The notes: generated from the sequence alone by a model not told the origin. A DNA stretch of 64,000 nt from Thermodesulfobacteriota bacterium (GCA_963675595.2 CAXXLZ010000002.1:192001-256000); one strand, 5' to 3'. Positions 36,880 to 51,953 are shown, counted from the first letter of the stretch. Made by a program: numbers and translations.

Positions 36880-37521
36880 TTCTTTTCATCGGCCCTTTTC
36901 GTCGCGGCGATCCATAATGGAAGGCCCCACCCCGGGGGTATAGGCGTCACCCACCCCCTTGAGCCTCTCCCCGGGGGTTTGCTGTTGCACACGCACGCGA
37001 CGGCCGCCGAATTTAGGAGAGCCGCCTTTCGGTTGGATATCACTTGATTGCGAGAGCGCCGGACCATTCCTTGGATGATTTGCGGTTTCATCCGCATTCC
37101 CACGTCCCACCAGCCGGCTCCAAGCCGCAAAACAGATAGAACAAATTTCGTCAAATTTCCGGAAACCCGGATTCGATTACCGACCTATCAACGTGCCTTC
37201 CATGAAGTTTACCGATTCACTATATTTCGCTTATCTTCATCGCTTTTTGGCCAAGACATCTCTTGATTTCCCTTCCCGCTTGTGACAGATTGCCCTCATC
37301 CGAACGTTCATTTCCAATACATGAAGAAGCACCGGCAAGCCGTGTTAACGGGAACATTCCTTGCGGATCATCCTGAAGGTCTGCCTATCCCGCGCCGGCG
37401 GGACCGACCGGCGGGATTTTGCAGGCGCCGTTCTTGCGCCGGGCCTGAACCGGCGATTCAGCCACGCCATGGTCCCCGGAGCCGTTTCTTTCCAACCATT
37501 TTGTAGTACACCGGAACACTC

Positions 37522-41070
<3,549 letters not shown>

Positions 41071-41143
41071 CCGACTGTCCACTACAGAATTAATTCTCCG
41101 GCCAAAGCGGGTAGAACTGAATTTTCGAGATCCAAATAATGCC

Positions 41144-41872
41144 ATGGAAAACCAAATTCTAAAAAATAGTCAGATCATGTCTGAAGTTATCAGACAGAAT
41201 TGGGAAATGGCAAGACACCACGAATCCAATAGATGGAGATATACGTATTACTATTATGCCGCTTTCGGTGCATATGTTTTCTATGTATCCAATATTTTAT
41301 CAGAAACAGAATTTGATATCCTAAGACTGTCTAAATATAAGCTAATACTAATAGCCAGTATTTCTATTATAATATACGCCATAGGCCGCGCATCACTTTA
41401 CCATCTTGTCTATTCAAATATAGAATACAAGAATCATATTAGGGCTCTTGAATATATTTCAAGTGATCTTGGGATTAACCATGGTATTTCTTACTATAGG
41501 CTATATATAACTAAACACAAACCAAATGCAACAAATAATGAATTTCGTTGTGCCTATATGGCCTTACCTCTAATGCTTCAGATAAGAAAGATTATGCCAT
41601 TACAAAATTTGACTATGGCTGGATCAGCTTTATCATTTTTTGCGTCAATCTTTTTTATTTCTATGGCAATGATAACTTTCGTTTTCAAGAACGGTTTATT
41701 ATCATGTCCGAATAACATAATCATAGCCATGTCTATTTCTTTAATATTTTCAGTGATGAATTTATCTAATCTAATTGATTCCTGCAACCGATTTCATTCT
41801 TACGCCGAACGAGAACTTGACAATCGAGACCCACGCTCTTTGAAAGTTGACTCTAATCGTCCTAATAAATAA
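41144..41872 (+). CDS. AT-rich multi-pass membrane protein of unknown function
   Basis: 242 aa with about 4 hydrophobic segments; markedly lower GC than the flanking genes. Confidence 0.75.
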   Translation: MENQILKNSQIMSEVIRQNWEMARHHESNRWRYTYYYYAAFGAYVFYVSNILSETEFDILRLSKYKLILIASISIIIYAIGRASLYHLVYSNIEYKNHIRALEYISSDLGINHGISYYRLYITKHKPNATNNEFRCAYMALPLMLQIRKIMPLQNLTMAGSALSFFASIFFISMAMITFVFKNGLLSCPNNIIIAMSISLIFSVMNLSNLIDSCNRFHSYAERELDNRDPRSLKVDSNRPNK

Positions 41873-41944
41873 GGGGGCTTCGGTCATTTCAGGATCTGAT
41901 TTTTTCTTCCCTTCTCGTTTACAGTAACCTCTTTGGAGTGATCT

Positions 41945-44836
41945 GTGACCCACGACATCAAAGCCCCCAAGAAACTCATTGAAACGGCGTTGCCCCTTAA
42001 CGACATCAATGCCGCGGCGGTTCGGGAGAAGTCCATCCGTCACGGGCATCCGTCCACGTTGCATCTTTGGTGGGCGCGGCGTCCTTTGGCCGTGGCCCGG
42101 GCGGTGATTTTCGCCCAGATGGTGAACGATCCGGGGTATGAACGCGCTTTGGGTCGGGGCATCAACAAAAAGGAAGCCGAAAAGGAACGGGAACGCCTCT
42201 TCGAAATCATCCGGAAGCTGGTGTTGTGGGAAAACACCAACAACGAAGCGGTGCTGGGGGAGGCTCGGGCGGAGATTTGGAAGAGCTGGAGGGAGACCTG
42301 CGCCCTGAACCGAAACCATCCCAAGGCTTCCGAATGGTTCGATCCGGAACGGCTGCCTGCCTTTCACGATCCCTTTGCCGGAGGCGGCGCCCTGCCCCTG
42401 GAAGCCCAGCGGTTGGGGTTGGAAGCCTATGCTTCGGACTTGAATCCCGTGGCGGTGCTCATCAACAAGGCCATGATCGAGATTCCGCCCAAGTTTTCGG
42501 GAAGAGCGCCGGTGGGTCCCCTGCCTCAAATGGAGCGGCAGTTGCGGGTGTCCGACGACTGGAACGGCGCCGCAGGTTTGGCCGAAGACGTTCGCCGGTA
42601 CGGCCATTGGATGCGTGAGCAGGCCTATCGGCGCATCGGGCATCTGTACCCCGAGGTGGAAGTGACTCGGGACATGGCGCAGGACCGACCCGACCTGGAA
42701 CCTTTGGTGGGAAAGAAGCTCACGGTCATCGCCTGGCTTTGGGCGCGCACGGTCAAGAGTCCCAACCCGGCCTATTCCCACGTGCACGTGCCGCTGGCCT
42801 CTACTTTCATGTTGTCCACGAAGCTCGGGAAAGAGGCGTATGTGGAACCGGTGGTGGAGGGAGATCAATATCGGTTTGTGGTGAAAACCGGGGCACCACC
42901 GGATCCCGAGAAGGCCAAAAGCGGCACAAAACTCGCGCGAGGATCCCACTTTCGATGCATTGTATCCAATTCTCCCATTGAACCGAGCTATATATACCAT
43001 GCTGCCAAATCCGGTGGTTTGGGGACCAAGATGATGGCGGTGGTTCTGGAAGGAGAAAAAGGACGCCTATATTTGCCTGGCAGTCCAGAGTTGGCGGCTT
43101 CAGCAAATCAAGCTCCACCAACCTGGGTTCCTGATTTGTCTATGCCGGAGAACCCTCGATGGTTCTCTCCGCCCCTCTATGGACTGAAAAACTACGGCGA
43201 CCTCTTCACCCCGCGCCAGCTCACCGCCCTGAACACGTTTTCGGACTTGGTGTCGGAAGCCCGGGAAAAGGTGAAATCCGACGCTTTGGCCGCGGGATGG
43301 GTCGGCGACGGCCTCGGGTTGGACGCCGGCGGAAACGGCGCAACGGCCTATGCGGACGCGGTGGCGGTGTATTTGGCGTTTGCTGTGGATAAGGGGGCTA
43401 ACTACTGGTCAACGCTCTGTTCCTGGCATTCCGGACGAGACACTGTGACAAGTACCTTCGGGCGTCAGGCGCTACCAATGGTCTGGGATTTTGCGGAAGC
43501 CAACCCTTTGAGCAAATCGTCGGGGAATTTCCTTTCCGGAGTCAATCAGGCCTCCGAGCTGTTGCGGAGGAGAATACCCGCTTCATCGGGGCACGCTTAT
43601 CAAGAAGATGCAGCCTCTCAAGCAAGCAGTTTAAGCAGAATTATTTCTACGGACCCACCTTACTACGACAACATCGGCTACGCTGATTTATCGGATTTCT
43701 TTTACGTGTGGCTGCGTAGAAGCTTGAAACCCATCTTCCCCGGTCTCTTTTCAACCCTGGCGACTCCCAAAGCCGAGGAACTGGTGGCCACCCCCTATCG
43801 ACACGGGAACAAGGAGGCTGCCGAAAAGTTCTTTTTGGACGGCATGACTCAAGCCATGGAACGATTGGCGGAGCAAGCCCATCCCGCATTTTCCACGACC
43901 ATCTACTACGCTTTCAAGCAATCGGAGCTTAAGAAGCCTGGAGCCGTTTCCACCGGGTGGGAGACCTTCTTGGAGGCCGTTCTCAGGGCAGGCTTCTGTA
44001 TCGCGGGCACATGGCCGGTACGCACCGAGTTGATCGGCAACCTCAAGAAAGTTACCAATGCGTTGGCCTCCAGCATCATCCTCGTTTGTCGAAAACGGAA
44101 CGTCCAAGCCGCCACCGTCACCCGGCGGGAGTTCCTCCGAGAGCTCAATGCCGCTTTACCCGAGGCTCTGGCGGATATGACCCGGGGAGAGCACACCTCT
44201 CCGGTGGCCCCGGTGGACCTGGCCCAGGCGATCATCGGGCCGGGCATGGAGGTGTTTTCCAAGTATGCGGCGGTGCTGGAGGCGGACGGCAAACCCATGA
44301 CCGTGCGCACGGCGTTGCAGCTCATCAACCGATTTTTGGCCGAAGAAGACTTTGACCGGGACACCCAGTTCTGCCTCCACTGGTTTGAGACGCATCACTG
44401 GGCCGAAGGCCGTTTCGGCGAAGCCGACGTGCTGGCTCGCGCCAAGGGCACCAGCGTGGAGGGCGTTGCTCGGGCCGGAGTCGTCGAATCGGGCAAGGGC
44501 GCGGTGCGCCTGCTGCGCCACACGGAGTATCCTTTGGACTGGGACCCGGAAACGGACCGGCGGTGCCCCATCTGGGAAGCCCTGCACCATCTGGTGCGCA
44601 TCCTCAAGACGGACGGCGAAGCCGCCGCCGGCCGGGTGCTCGACCGCATGAAGGATCGGACCGACGCCCTGCGCCAACTGGCCTATCGGCTCTACGCCCT
44701 GAGCGAGCGCAAGAGCTGGGGGGAAGACGCCCGGACCTACAATGAACTGATCAACTCCTGGCAGGGAATGGAAACGTTGCGGGAAGACGCGCCCAAGACC
44801 GCACCCCACCGCCAGGACACTTGGCTGAAGGAGTAG
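41945..44836 (+). CDS. DUF1156 adenine-specific DNA methyltransferase
   Basis: [13 protein letters not shown]-binding DPFAGGG and catalytic [18 protein letters not shown] motifs. Confidence 0.93.
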   Translation: MTHDIKAPKKLIETALPLNDINAAAVREKSIRHGHPSTLHLWWARRPLAVARAVIFAQMVNDPGYERALGRGINKKEAEKERERLFEIIRKLVLWENTNNEAVLGEARAEIWKSWRETCALNRNHPKASEWFDPERLPAFHDPFAGGGALPLEAQRLGLEAYASDLNPVAVLINKAMIEIPPKFSGRAPVGPLPQMERQLRVSDDWNGAAGLAEDVRRYGHWMREQAYRRIGHLYPEVEVTRDMAQDRPDLEPLVGKKLTVIAWLWARTVKSPNPAYSHVHVPLASTFMLSTKLGKEAYVEPVVEGDQYRFVVKTGAPPDPEKAKSGTKLARGSHFRCIVSNSPIEPSYIYHAAKSGGLGTKMMAVVLEGEKGRLYLPGSPELAASANQAPPTWVPDLSMPENPRWFSPPLYGLKNYGDLFTPRQLTALNTFSDLVSEAREKVKSDALAAGWVGDGLGLDAGGNGATAYADAVAVYLAFAVDKGANYWSTLCSWHSGRDTVTSTFGRQALPMVWDFAEANPLSKSSGNFLSGVNQASELLRRRIPASSGHAYQEDAASQASSLSRIISTDPPYYDNIGYADLSDFFYVWLRRSLKPIFPGLFSTLATPKAEELVATPYRHGNKEAAEKFFLDGMTQAMERLAEQAHPAFSTTIYYAFKQSELKKPGAVSTGWETFLEAVLRAGFCIAGTWPVRTELIGNLKKVTNALASSIILVCRKRNVQAATVTRREFLRELNAALPEALADMTRGEHTSPVAPVDLAQAIIGPGMEVFSKYAAVLEADGKPMTVRTALQLINRFLAEEDFDRDTQFCLHWFETHHWAEGRFGEADVLARAKGTSVEGVARAGVVESGKGAVRLLRHTEYPLDWDPETDRRCPIWEALHHLVRILKTDGEAAAGRVLDRMKDRTDALRQLAYRLYALSERKSWGEDARTYNELINSWQGMETLREDAPKTAPHRQDTWLKE

Positions 44837-44875
44837 CGGCTTTTTCAACGGTCTCACAAGCCCACAGGAGCCTCC

Positions 44876-47701
44876 ATGTTGAAACCCTGGCGCGAAGTCG
44901 CCGTTCCCCATGAAGACGTGCTCAAGGGCACCTTCCAGCAGGCCGAATTCGCCGCGGACCTCTCCCGGGTGCACGACGGCACCGCAACGGCCGAATACCA
45001 GAACGCCGAGCTTTTCTTTCAGCGAACCTTCATCACCGAGGGCATGCGCCTGCTTCTGGATTCCGTGGTGCGACGGCTGGCCGGTCGGGGCGGAGACCCG
45101 GTGATCCAGCTTCAGACGGCCTTCGGCGGGGGAAAGACGCATACCTTGTTGGCCGTGTATCACCTGGCCCGGGGAGAAGCTTCGGCGGGAGACCTGCCCG
45201 GCGTGGCCCCGGTGCTCAACGGCGCCGGGGTGGTGGAACTGCCGCCGGTCCGGACCGCCGTGCTGGACGGCAACAAATTTGCGCCCAATGCGCCTCGCCA
45301 AAGTGACGGCATCAAGGTCCACACCCTGTGGGGAGAACTGGCCCGGCAATTGGGCGGCGAAGCGGGCTACCAACGAGTTCGGGACGCGGATGTTTCCGGC
45401 ACTTCCCCTGGGAAGCAAATCCTTGCCGAGCTCCTGGACGATTGTTCGCCCTGCGTGGTGCTTATGGACGAACTGGTGGCCTACATACGGCAGTTCGAAG
45501 AGGGCAAGTCCCTGGCGGGCGGCACGTATGAATCCAACCTGTCCTTTGTGCAGGCCCTCACCGAGTCCTTCAAGGCCGTACCCACGGCGGTGCTACTCGC
45601 TTCCCTGCCCGAGTCGGACAAAGAGGCCGGCGGAGTTCGAGGCCACGCGGCCCTGAAAACGCTGGAGCATTATTTCGGACGCACCCAGGCCTTGTGGAAG
45701 CCCGTGGGTTCCGAGGAGGCCTTCGAGATCGTTCGGCGAAGACTGTTCTCGAAGATCGACGACCGGGCGGCGGCAGAGGCGGTGTGCCGGGCCTTTGCCG
45801 ACTACTACACGGCCCAGGGCACTGATTTTCCACAGGAAACCCAGGAGAGTCGATACTACGCGCGGCTCACGGAGGCCTATCCCATCCATCCCGAAGTGTT
45901 CGACCGGCTGTACGGCGACTGGTCTTCCCTGGACAACTTCCAACGCACCCGGGGCGTGTTGAAGCTGATGGCCAAGGTGATCCACCGGCTGTGGAAGGAC
46001 GGCAACAACGACCTCATGATTCTGCCCGGGAGTCTGCCGCTGTACGATCCGGACACCCGCAACGAGGCCATTTACTACCTGCCTCAAGGATGGGACCCGG
46101 TGTTGGAAAACGACATCGACGGCGAGCGAGCCCAAACCACGGCCATCGAGAACAAGGAAACCCGACTGGGAGCGGTGCAGGCCTGCCGGCGTGCGGCCCG
46201 GACCATCTTCCTGGGCAGTGCGCCCACCACCCCCAATCAACTGGTCCGGGGGCTGGAAATCGAGCGGGTGATTTTGGGATGCGCCGAGCCCGGCCGACAG
46301 ACCGGCGTGTTCAAGGATGCCCTCGCACGCCTGACGGACCGGCTTCATTACTTGAACAGCGCGGACCATCGGTTCTGGTTCGACACACGGCCCAATCTTC
46401 GTAGGGAAATGGAGGAACGGAAGAAGCGGTTCAAGGATGGACAGGACGTGCTGCCCGTCATCCGGGAAGGGATACAGAAGAGCCTGCCCTCCGGGGTGTT
46501 CGGGGGGGTGCACGTATTCACACCGAGCGGAGACATTCCCGACGACCAGGCGCTTCGATTGGTGGTCCTTTCTCCTGAAACTCCCTTCTCCCGCACGGAG
46601 AACCGGTTCTGGAAACCCACGGCGGAAGAGATTCTGCTGAACCGGGGCGATCAGCCTCGCCACCGACAAAACCGCCTGCTGTTCTTGGCGGCGGACTTCG
46701 ACAACGTGGGTCGCCTCAAAGACCAGGTGCGCTCCATGCTGGCGTGGAAATCCATTGTTACGGACTATCGTGAAAACCGCCTCGTGCTGGACAATCTCAT
46801 GGCGGCCCAGGCGGAAGCCGCCCTCAAGCAGGCGCTGGAGGCTTTCAAGAAAGCTCTGCGCGAGACCTACAAATGGGTCCTGGCGCCCGGTCAGGAAGCA
46901 CAACCGGGAAAAGGCGTCTCCGAAATCTTCTGGGAACACTTTCCCATCAACTCCGGAGCCGCGAATCCTGCTCTGGAAATCGAAAAGGTGCTCAAAGAGA
47001 ACGTAACGCTCATTTTGGAGTGGGCGCCCTATCACCTTTCCAAAATGATGAAGCAGTGGTTCTGGAAGGAAGGCGTTCCTGCAGTGGGCGCCTTGGAGGT
47101 GTGGCAGGCCATGTGTTCCTTTCTGTATCTGGATCGGCTCAAGGACGAAGACGTATTCCGGGCCGTACTGACGGCCGGTTCGGAAAGCAGCGATTTCTTC
47201 GGATTGGCCCAAGGGAAGGAGGGGGACAAATACCTGGGGTTTTCCCTGGGAAAGGCTACCTCACCCGTTTTGGACAATTCTCTTCTGCTCATCGAACCCG
47301 AGACCGCGGCCGCCTATGCCGATGCTGAAGCAGCCTCTAAGGAAGGCAAGACCGGGATTCCCGGCGATCCCTACCCCGAAGGAACCCCCGGGGGCGGGAC
47401 GGGAGTCCAGGAACCGGGAGCGCCGGGATACAATGGTCAGGAAGAGGACTCAGCGGGGGAGCCCCCCAAGAAGCGTTTTTACGGTTCTCTGGAAATCGAT
47501 CCGGTAAAGGCCAAGAAGCAGTTTTCCGACATGGTGGACGAAGTGCTCATGCAGTTCAGCACTCGCCCCGACGTGAAGCTTCGAATCGTGCTGGAATTGG
47601 AAGCGGAAAGCCCTTCCGGGTTTGACGGGGCCACCCAGCGCACGGTGAAGGAGAACTGCGGGGTGTTGAAGTTCAGGAATGCGGAGTTCGAGAAGGGTTG
47701 A
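44876..47701 (+). CDS. DUF499 AAA+ ATPase
   Basis: [17 protein letters not shown], Walker [10 protein letters not shown], Walker B VVLMDE, YPIHPE and FQRTRGVL motifs. Confidence 0.92.
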   Translation: MLKPWREVAVPHEDVLKGTFQQAEFAADLSRVHDGTATAEYQNAELFFQRTFITEGMRLLLDSVVRRLAGRGGDPVIQLQTAFGGGKTHTLLAVYHLARGEASAGDLPGVAPVLNGAGVVELPPVRTAVLDGNKFAPNAPRQSDGIKVHTLWGELARQLGGEAGYQRVRDADVSGTSPGKQILAELLDDCSPCVVLMDELVAYIRQFEEGKSLAGGTYESNLSFVQALTESFKAVPTAVLLASLPESDKEAGGVRGHAALKTLEHYFGRTQALWKPVGSEEAFEIVRRRLFSKIDDRAAAEAVCRAFADYYTAQGTDFPQETQESRYYARLTEAYPIHPEVFDRLYGDWSSLDNFQRTRGVLKLMAKVIHRLWKDGNNDLMILPGSLPLYDPDTRNEAIYYLPQGWDPVLENDIDGERAQTTAIENKETRLGAVQACRRAARTIFLGSAPTTPNQLVRGLEIERVILGCAEPGRQTGVFKDALARLTDRLHYLNSADHRFWFDTRPNLRREMEERKKRFKDGQDVLPVIREGIQKSLPSGVFGGVHVFTPSGDIPDDQALRLVVLSPETPFSRTENRFWKPTAEEILLNRGDQPRHRQNRLLFLAADFDNVGRLKDQVRSMLAWKSIVTDYRENRLVLDNLMAAQAEAALKQALEAFKKALRETYKWVLAPGQEAQPGKGVSEIFWEHFPINSGAANPALEIEKVLKENVTLILEWAPYHLSKMMKQWFWKEGVPAVGALEVWQAMCSFLYLDRLKDEDVFRAVLTAGSESSDFFGLAQGKEGDKYLGFSLGKATSPVLDNSLLLIEPETAAAYADAEAASKEGKTGIPGDPYPEGTPGGGTGVQEPGAPGYNGQEEDSAGEPPKKRFYGSLEIDPVKAKKQFSDMVDEVLMQFSTRPDVKLRIVLELEAESPSGFDGATQRTVKENCGVLKFRNAEFEKG

Positions 47702-47774
47702 GATGCGCCTGGACGTCGCTCCGAGTTTCCGAATCGAAACCTAAGGAACCACAAGACGAATCGAGACCTTGCGC

Positions 47775-48017
47775 ATGAAAACCACGCTCTATTTTGATTA
47801 CACCCGAAGGCGACCGGATCGGGCTCGGATCAAGGAGGAATGGATCCGCTGGGTTATGAAGCATCCCGACCGGGTGGAAACACAATCCGACGGTAGGATC
47901 CGGAAGTGGGGCAGGATAGCCGAAGCGGGAAAAGTATTGAGAGTCATCCTGCTGGAAGACGGCGAAACCATCCATAATGCTTTTTTTGACCGATCCTACA
48001 AGGAGGAAAGCGAATGA
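47775..48017 (+). CDS. Small DUF4258/BrnT-like putative toxin
   Basis: 80 aa; ETQSDGRIRKW...VLRVILLEDGETIHNAFFDR; ATGA overlap with a DUF2283 gene. Confidence 0.65.
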   Translation: MKTTLYFDYTRRRPDRARIKEEWIRWVMKHPDRVETQSDGRIRKWGRIAEAGKVLRVILLEDGETIHNAFFDRSYKEESE

Positions 48018-48220
48018 AGGTCAAGTATTTCTCCGATACGGACACGGCCCATGTGGAATTCAGTGACCGGGAAGTGGCGGAGACGCGGGAGATCAGCGAG
48101 CACATCTACATCGACCTGGATGCCGGCGGCAATCTCGTGAGCATGACCATCGAACATGCCAAGGCCAACGCGGCGCTCTGGGAGTTCTCCTACCAGGAAA
48201 TGGCCCGAAGGACCGCGTAG
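48014..48220 (+). CDS. DUF2283 family protein (putative antitoxin)
   Basis: MKVKYFSDTDTAHVEF...IYIDLDAGGNLVSMTIEHA signature. Confidence 0.8.
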   Translation: MKVKYFSDTDTAHVEFSDREVAETREISEHIYIDLDAGGNLVSMTIEHAKANAALWEFSYQEMARRTA

Positions 48221-48303
48221 CTTTCGATGGATCGCCCGGTTCACCGATTCGCCTGTTGAAGCCTCTCGTTGGCTGCAATGAACCGAGTTGAAATTCGCTG
48301 GAG

Positions 48304-50736
48304 ATGAACATGCCCGACCTTGACAAGGTGATTTCTCTGGTTCTTCCCAATGGTCTGGAAAAGTCTCGATCCGGTCGACCCATTCGCGTATTGGGGATCG
48401 ATCTGGGTACCACCAACTCCACCGCTTCCACCGCTTCCTGGCGGGCGGGCGGTGCGTTTCCTCCCGAAGTCCGCTCCGTTGAAATCGTGCAACCCACTCT
48501 GCAGGGAGATTACACTCATTCTCTGTTGCCCTCGGTGGTGGCCCTCTACAACGGGCAGACCTACGTGGGGGAGGGAGCCAAACGATTGCGTTCCCGAGCC
48601 GCTGAACTGGGACTCAAGCCCTTCGAGAATCTATTCTACGAATGCAAGAACGAAATGGGGATAAAGAGGACCTATCACCGCGCCCCGGAAGGTTACCGAT
48701 CCCCGCCCGAAATCGGCGCCAAAGTCATCGACACCATGATCAAGGCCGCCGGCGAGGAGTTGGGGGCACAGCCCGATCGGGTAGTAATCACGGTTCCGGC
48801 CTCCTTTCAGACGGCCCAAAGGATGGACACGCAACAGGCGGCTCAACTGGCCGGTTTGAATATCGCCGGTGGAGACCTGTTGGACGAGCCGGTGGCTGCG
48901 TTTCTCGATTACGTGTTTACCTCGGGCGTGGATTTGGGATTGGAACGTGCCTCTTCTCGGACGGTGGTGGTGTTCGATTTCGGAGGCGGCACTTGTGACG
49001 TGGCGGTATTTCGATTGAAGCGAACCGGCACGGAACCGGGGCCTTTGGGCGTCGAGTTTCTGGCCGTTTCCCGGTACCACCGGTTGGGCGGGGGGGACAT
49101 CGATGCGGCGGTGGTTCATGAATGCCTGATTCCCGAGCTTTGCCGACAAAACCACCTCAACCCCCTGGATCTAGGGTTCGAAGACAAGAAGAAATACCTG
49201 GAACCCGCTCTTCTGGGTACCGCGGAAATGCTCAAGGAAGGCCTCTGCACGGAAATCCAACGTCTCATGAGTTTCGATAAGTATGAGGGAGCCGACAAGA
49301 CGACCATGGTGAAAACCCAGCCTGGGACCCAGGAGTGTCGGGTGGGGAACCGCAGTTACCGATTGACCGCTCCCAAGCTTTCCACCGCACAACTGGAAGA
49401 GCTTCTGGATCCCTTTCTGGACCAGGATTTACTCTATGCCCGGGAGACGGAATACCGGATGACCTGCTCCCTGTTCGCTCCGCTGCAGGATGCGTTGGAC
49501 CGTGCGGGATTGGAGCCGCGTCAAGTGGATTACTGCCTCATGGTTGGGGGTAGCAGCTTGATTCCTCAAGTGAGGGAAAGTGTCGGGGCCTATTTTTCCA
49601 AGGGTGAGCTCCTGCTTTTCGGGAGCCGGGAAGACTACAAGACGTGCATCTCACGGGGGGCGGCCATTCACGCCGTAGCGTTGGAGGCCATGGGCAGGCC
49701 CCTGGTGCAACCCATATGCCATGACGAAATCGCCATCCGAACCCAAAGCGGACGGATTGGACTGATTTCCAAAGGCAGTTTCCTGCCCTTTCCGGCGGAC
49801 GGCGGCTTCGCCTATTCCTACGAAGTCGCCGTGCCGAATACCACGACCGTCGAGCCCTGTAATGTGCGTGTGGAATTGGCAACCAAGGAAGATGACCGTC
49901 AACTCTTTTCCCAGGTATGGTCCGTACCGGGTCCGGTGACCCAGGGAACGCCCATCCGCTTGGAATATCGGATGGATGAAAACCAGGTGCTCCAGCTCAA
50001 GGCAAGGCTGGACGAGATGGATGAAGGGGAAGAGTTTTCCGCGACCCTGGAGAATCCACTGACCCACGTGGTGAACCCGAATGAAAAGCGCCTTGAGATC
50101 GACCGAACGGAAGAAGACCTGCGCACCGGAAGGATTCCAAAGACTCAGGTCCCGGAAAAGCTCGCGGAACTCTCGAAGCTCTATGCCGAGCTGAACCAGC
50201 TGGAAAAAGCGATTGATTTTATCAAACGGGCCATCGCCGCCCGCAATCCTCCGGATGTGTTTCTGCTCAACCGACTGGCCGCATACTACGGTGAACGTGG
50301 TGATTCGGAACGCCAGGAAAAGGTATATCGGGAAGCGACTCGGGTTTCTACGTGGAGCGGCTCGTGGTTCAACTTGGCCCTGGCCTTGTGGCGCCGCAAG
50401 AAGTTCTCCAAAGCACGGGAGGCCATAGACCAGGCCATTGAAATAGACCGACAGGCGCCCTACCTGGTGCTGGCCGGATTGATTGCGGGCTCACTTAAAG
50501 ACTCGGAAAAGAGCCAAGCGCTGCTTTCCGAAGCCATGGACTCGTTCGATCCGGTACCCGGTCTGGATGATTTTGAATTGGGTTGGTTTGTAAAAGGAGC
50601 GCAGACCCTTTCCGACCAAGACAAGCTGTCAGAGGGTCGGGCGGAGCAACTGAAGCGATCAAAAACAGAGGACAGGTCGACCCCGGAAGGCGAACTACCT
50701 GTGGCTACCCCTGGATTGATGAGGACGGCATCATGA
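48304..50736 (+). CDS. Hsp70-family ATPase with C-terminal TPR repeats (non-DnaK)
   Basis: GIDLGTTNS, ITVPASF, DEPVAA, FDFGGGTCDV, LGGGDID and VGGSSLIPQV motifs; the last ~200 aa are TPR-like helical repeats. Confidence 0.88.
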   Translation: MNMPDLDKVISLVLPNGLEKSRSGRPIRVLGIDLGTTNSTASTASWRAGGAFPPEVRSVEIVQPTLQGDYTHSLLPSVVALYNGQTYVGEGAKRLRSRAAELGLKPFENLFYECKNEMGIKRTYHRAPEGYRSPPEIGAKVIDTMIKAAGEELGAQPDRVVITVPASFQTAQRMDTQQAAQLAGLNIAGGDLLDEPVAAFLDYVFTSGVDLGLERASSRTVVVFDFGGGTCDVAVFRLKRTGTEPGPLGVEFLAVSRYHRLGGGDIDAAVVHECLIPELCRQNHLNPLDLGFEDKKKYLEPALLGTAEMLKEGLCTEIQRLMSFDKYEGADKTTMVKTQPGTQECRVGNRSYRLTAPKLSTAQLEELLDPFLDQDLLYARETEYRMTCSLFAPLQDALDRAGLEPRQVDYCLMVGGSSLIPQVRESVGAYFSKGELLLFGSREDYKTCISRGAAIHAVALEAMGRPLVQPICHDEIAIRTQSGRIGLISKGSFLPFPADGGFAYSYEVAVPNTTTVEPCNVRVELATKEDDRQLFSQVWSVPGPVTQGTPIRLEYRMDENQVLQLKARLDEMDEGEEFSATLENPLTHVVNPNEKRLEIDRTEEDLRTGRIPKTQVPEKLAELSKLYAELNQLEKAIDFIKRAIAARNPPDVFLLNRLAAYYGERGDSERQEKVYREATRVSTWSGSWFNLALALWRRKKFSKAREAIDQAIEIDRQAPYLVLAGLIAGSLKDSEKSQALLSEAMDSFDPVPGLDDFELGWFVKGAQTLSDQDKLSEGRAEQLKRSKTEDRSTPEGELPVATPGLMRTAS

Positions 50737-51953
50737 ATGGAGCTGTGAGTTGGTTGATCCCAAGAGAGGAATTAACCCGAGAACAGGTGCGGGCCATCGA
50801 GATGGACCCGAAGGAACACCGAGTCATTTTGGGAGGCCCCGGATCCGGAAAGACTCAGATTCTGCTGCACCGTGGTCGGTTCCTCCAGGAAGCCTTCAGG
50901 GTGGCCCCCGAGCGCTTCCGCATTTTCGTATACACCAACGCCCTGCGCACCTACATACATTCCGCACTGAACCTGCTGGACCTGCCGGATGATTCGGTTT
51001 CCACCTTGGATGCTTGGTGCGGGAAGTTCCACACCGAAAACATCGGACGCCGTCTTCCATGGAACAAGGAAGCGAAATGTCGGGATTTTGGGACGATCCG
51101 GGAGGCCGTAGTCAAGAAGATTTCTGAGAGCGGGAACAAGCCTTTTGATTTTGTCCTGGTGGACGAAGCCCAGGATTTGGACGCTACGGCTTTGAAACTG
51201 CTGAAGGCCATGTCCAACCATGTGACGGTCTGCGCGGACCACAAACAGCAACTCTACGACCACGGATCGGAGATATCCGAAATTCTCCGGACTCTCGGCG
51301 TGAAACGAAGCAACGTAACCCTGCTGGAAACCTATCGTTGCTGCCCATACATCGTCTCGCTAGCGGCCGAACTCATCGATGATCCCACGGAGCGGGAGCA
51401 ATACGTCAGACAGTTGAAAACAAGCCAGGCCGAGCGTGAGACACCTTTGCTTTACTGCGCTTCCGATGCGGAAGACGAAACACGACAGATGATCGACCTC
51501 GCACGCACCAGACTCAATAAGGGCGAACGGGTGGCGGTGCTCTTTCCTCAGAAAAGGCAGGCCTTCGGTTACGCCAAGGCTCTGGAAGAAGCGGGCATCC
51601 AGGCGGAGAATCCCAATGATCTGGACTTCACTACGGACAAGCCCAAGCTGATGCCTTACCACAGCGCCAAGGGGCTCACCTTCGACAGCGTGATCCTCCC
51701 TCGGTTGACACCGAGGTCCTTCGGAACCATGTCCACGGACCGCATCAAGCACTTGCTCTTCGTGGGCATCACCCGAGCCATCAAATGGGCGGCCATGATC
51801 ACGACGCAAAGCAACGGCTTTGCGCCTCTTGCCCGGTTGACGCCGCCCGCCGGCCTCAGATGCCTAACGGTGCGGAAACATGGGGACTCATCGGCTGCGA
51901 CCGCGAATGCAAAAGGGAACGTTGAAGACGACGATGGACTGGATATTCTTTGA
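50733..51953 (+). CDS. Minimal UvrD/SF1-type helicase-ATPase
   Basis: Q-motif LTREQ, Walker A GGPGSGKT, VDEAQD, YHSAKGLTFD and FVGITRA motifs; 406 aa; ATGA overlap with the Hsp70-TPR gene. Confidence 0.88.
   Translation: MNGAVSWLIPREELTREQVRAIEMDPKEHRVILGGPGSGKTQILLHRGRFLQEAFRVAPERFRIFVYTNALRTYIHSALNLLDLPDDSVSTLDAWCGKFHTENIGRRLPWNKEAKCRDFGTIREAVVKKISESGNKPFDFVLVDEAQDLDATALKLLKAMSNHVTVCADHKQQLYDHGSEISEILRTLGVKRSNVTLLETYRCCPYIVSLAAELIDDPTEREQYVRQLKTSQAERETPLLYCASDAEDETRQMIDLARTRLNKGERVAVLFPQKRQAFGYAKALEEAGIQAENPNDLDFTTDKPKLMPYHSAKGLTFDSVILPRLTPRSFGTMSTDRIKHLLFVGITRAIKWAAMITTQSNGFAPLARLTPPAGLRCLTVRKHGDSSAATANAKGNVEDDDGLDIL

Noticed and set aside
48304-50736. Housekeeping dnaK/hscA
   Set aside because: No DnaK linker or lid, TPR tail instead, no dnaJ/grpE/isc neighbours, and located in a mobile island
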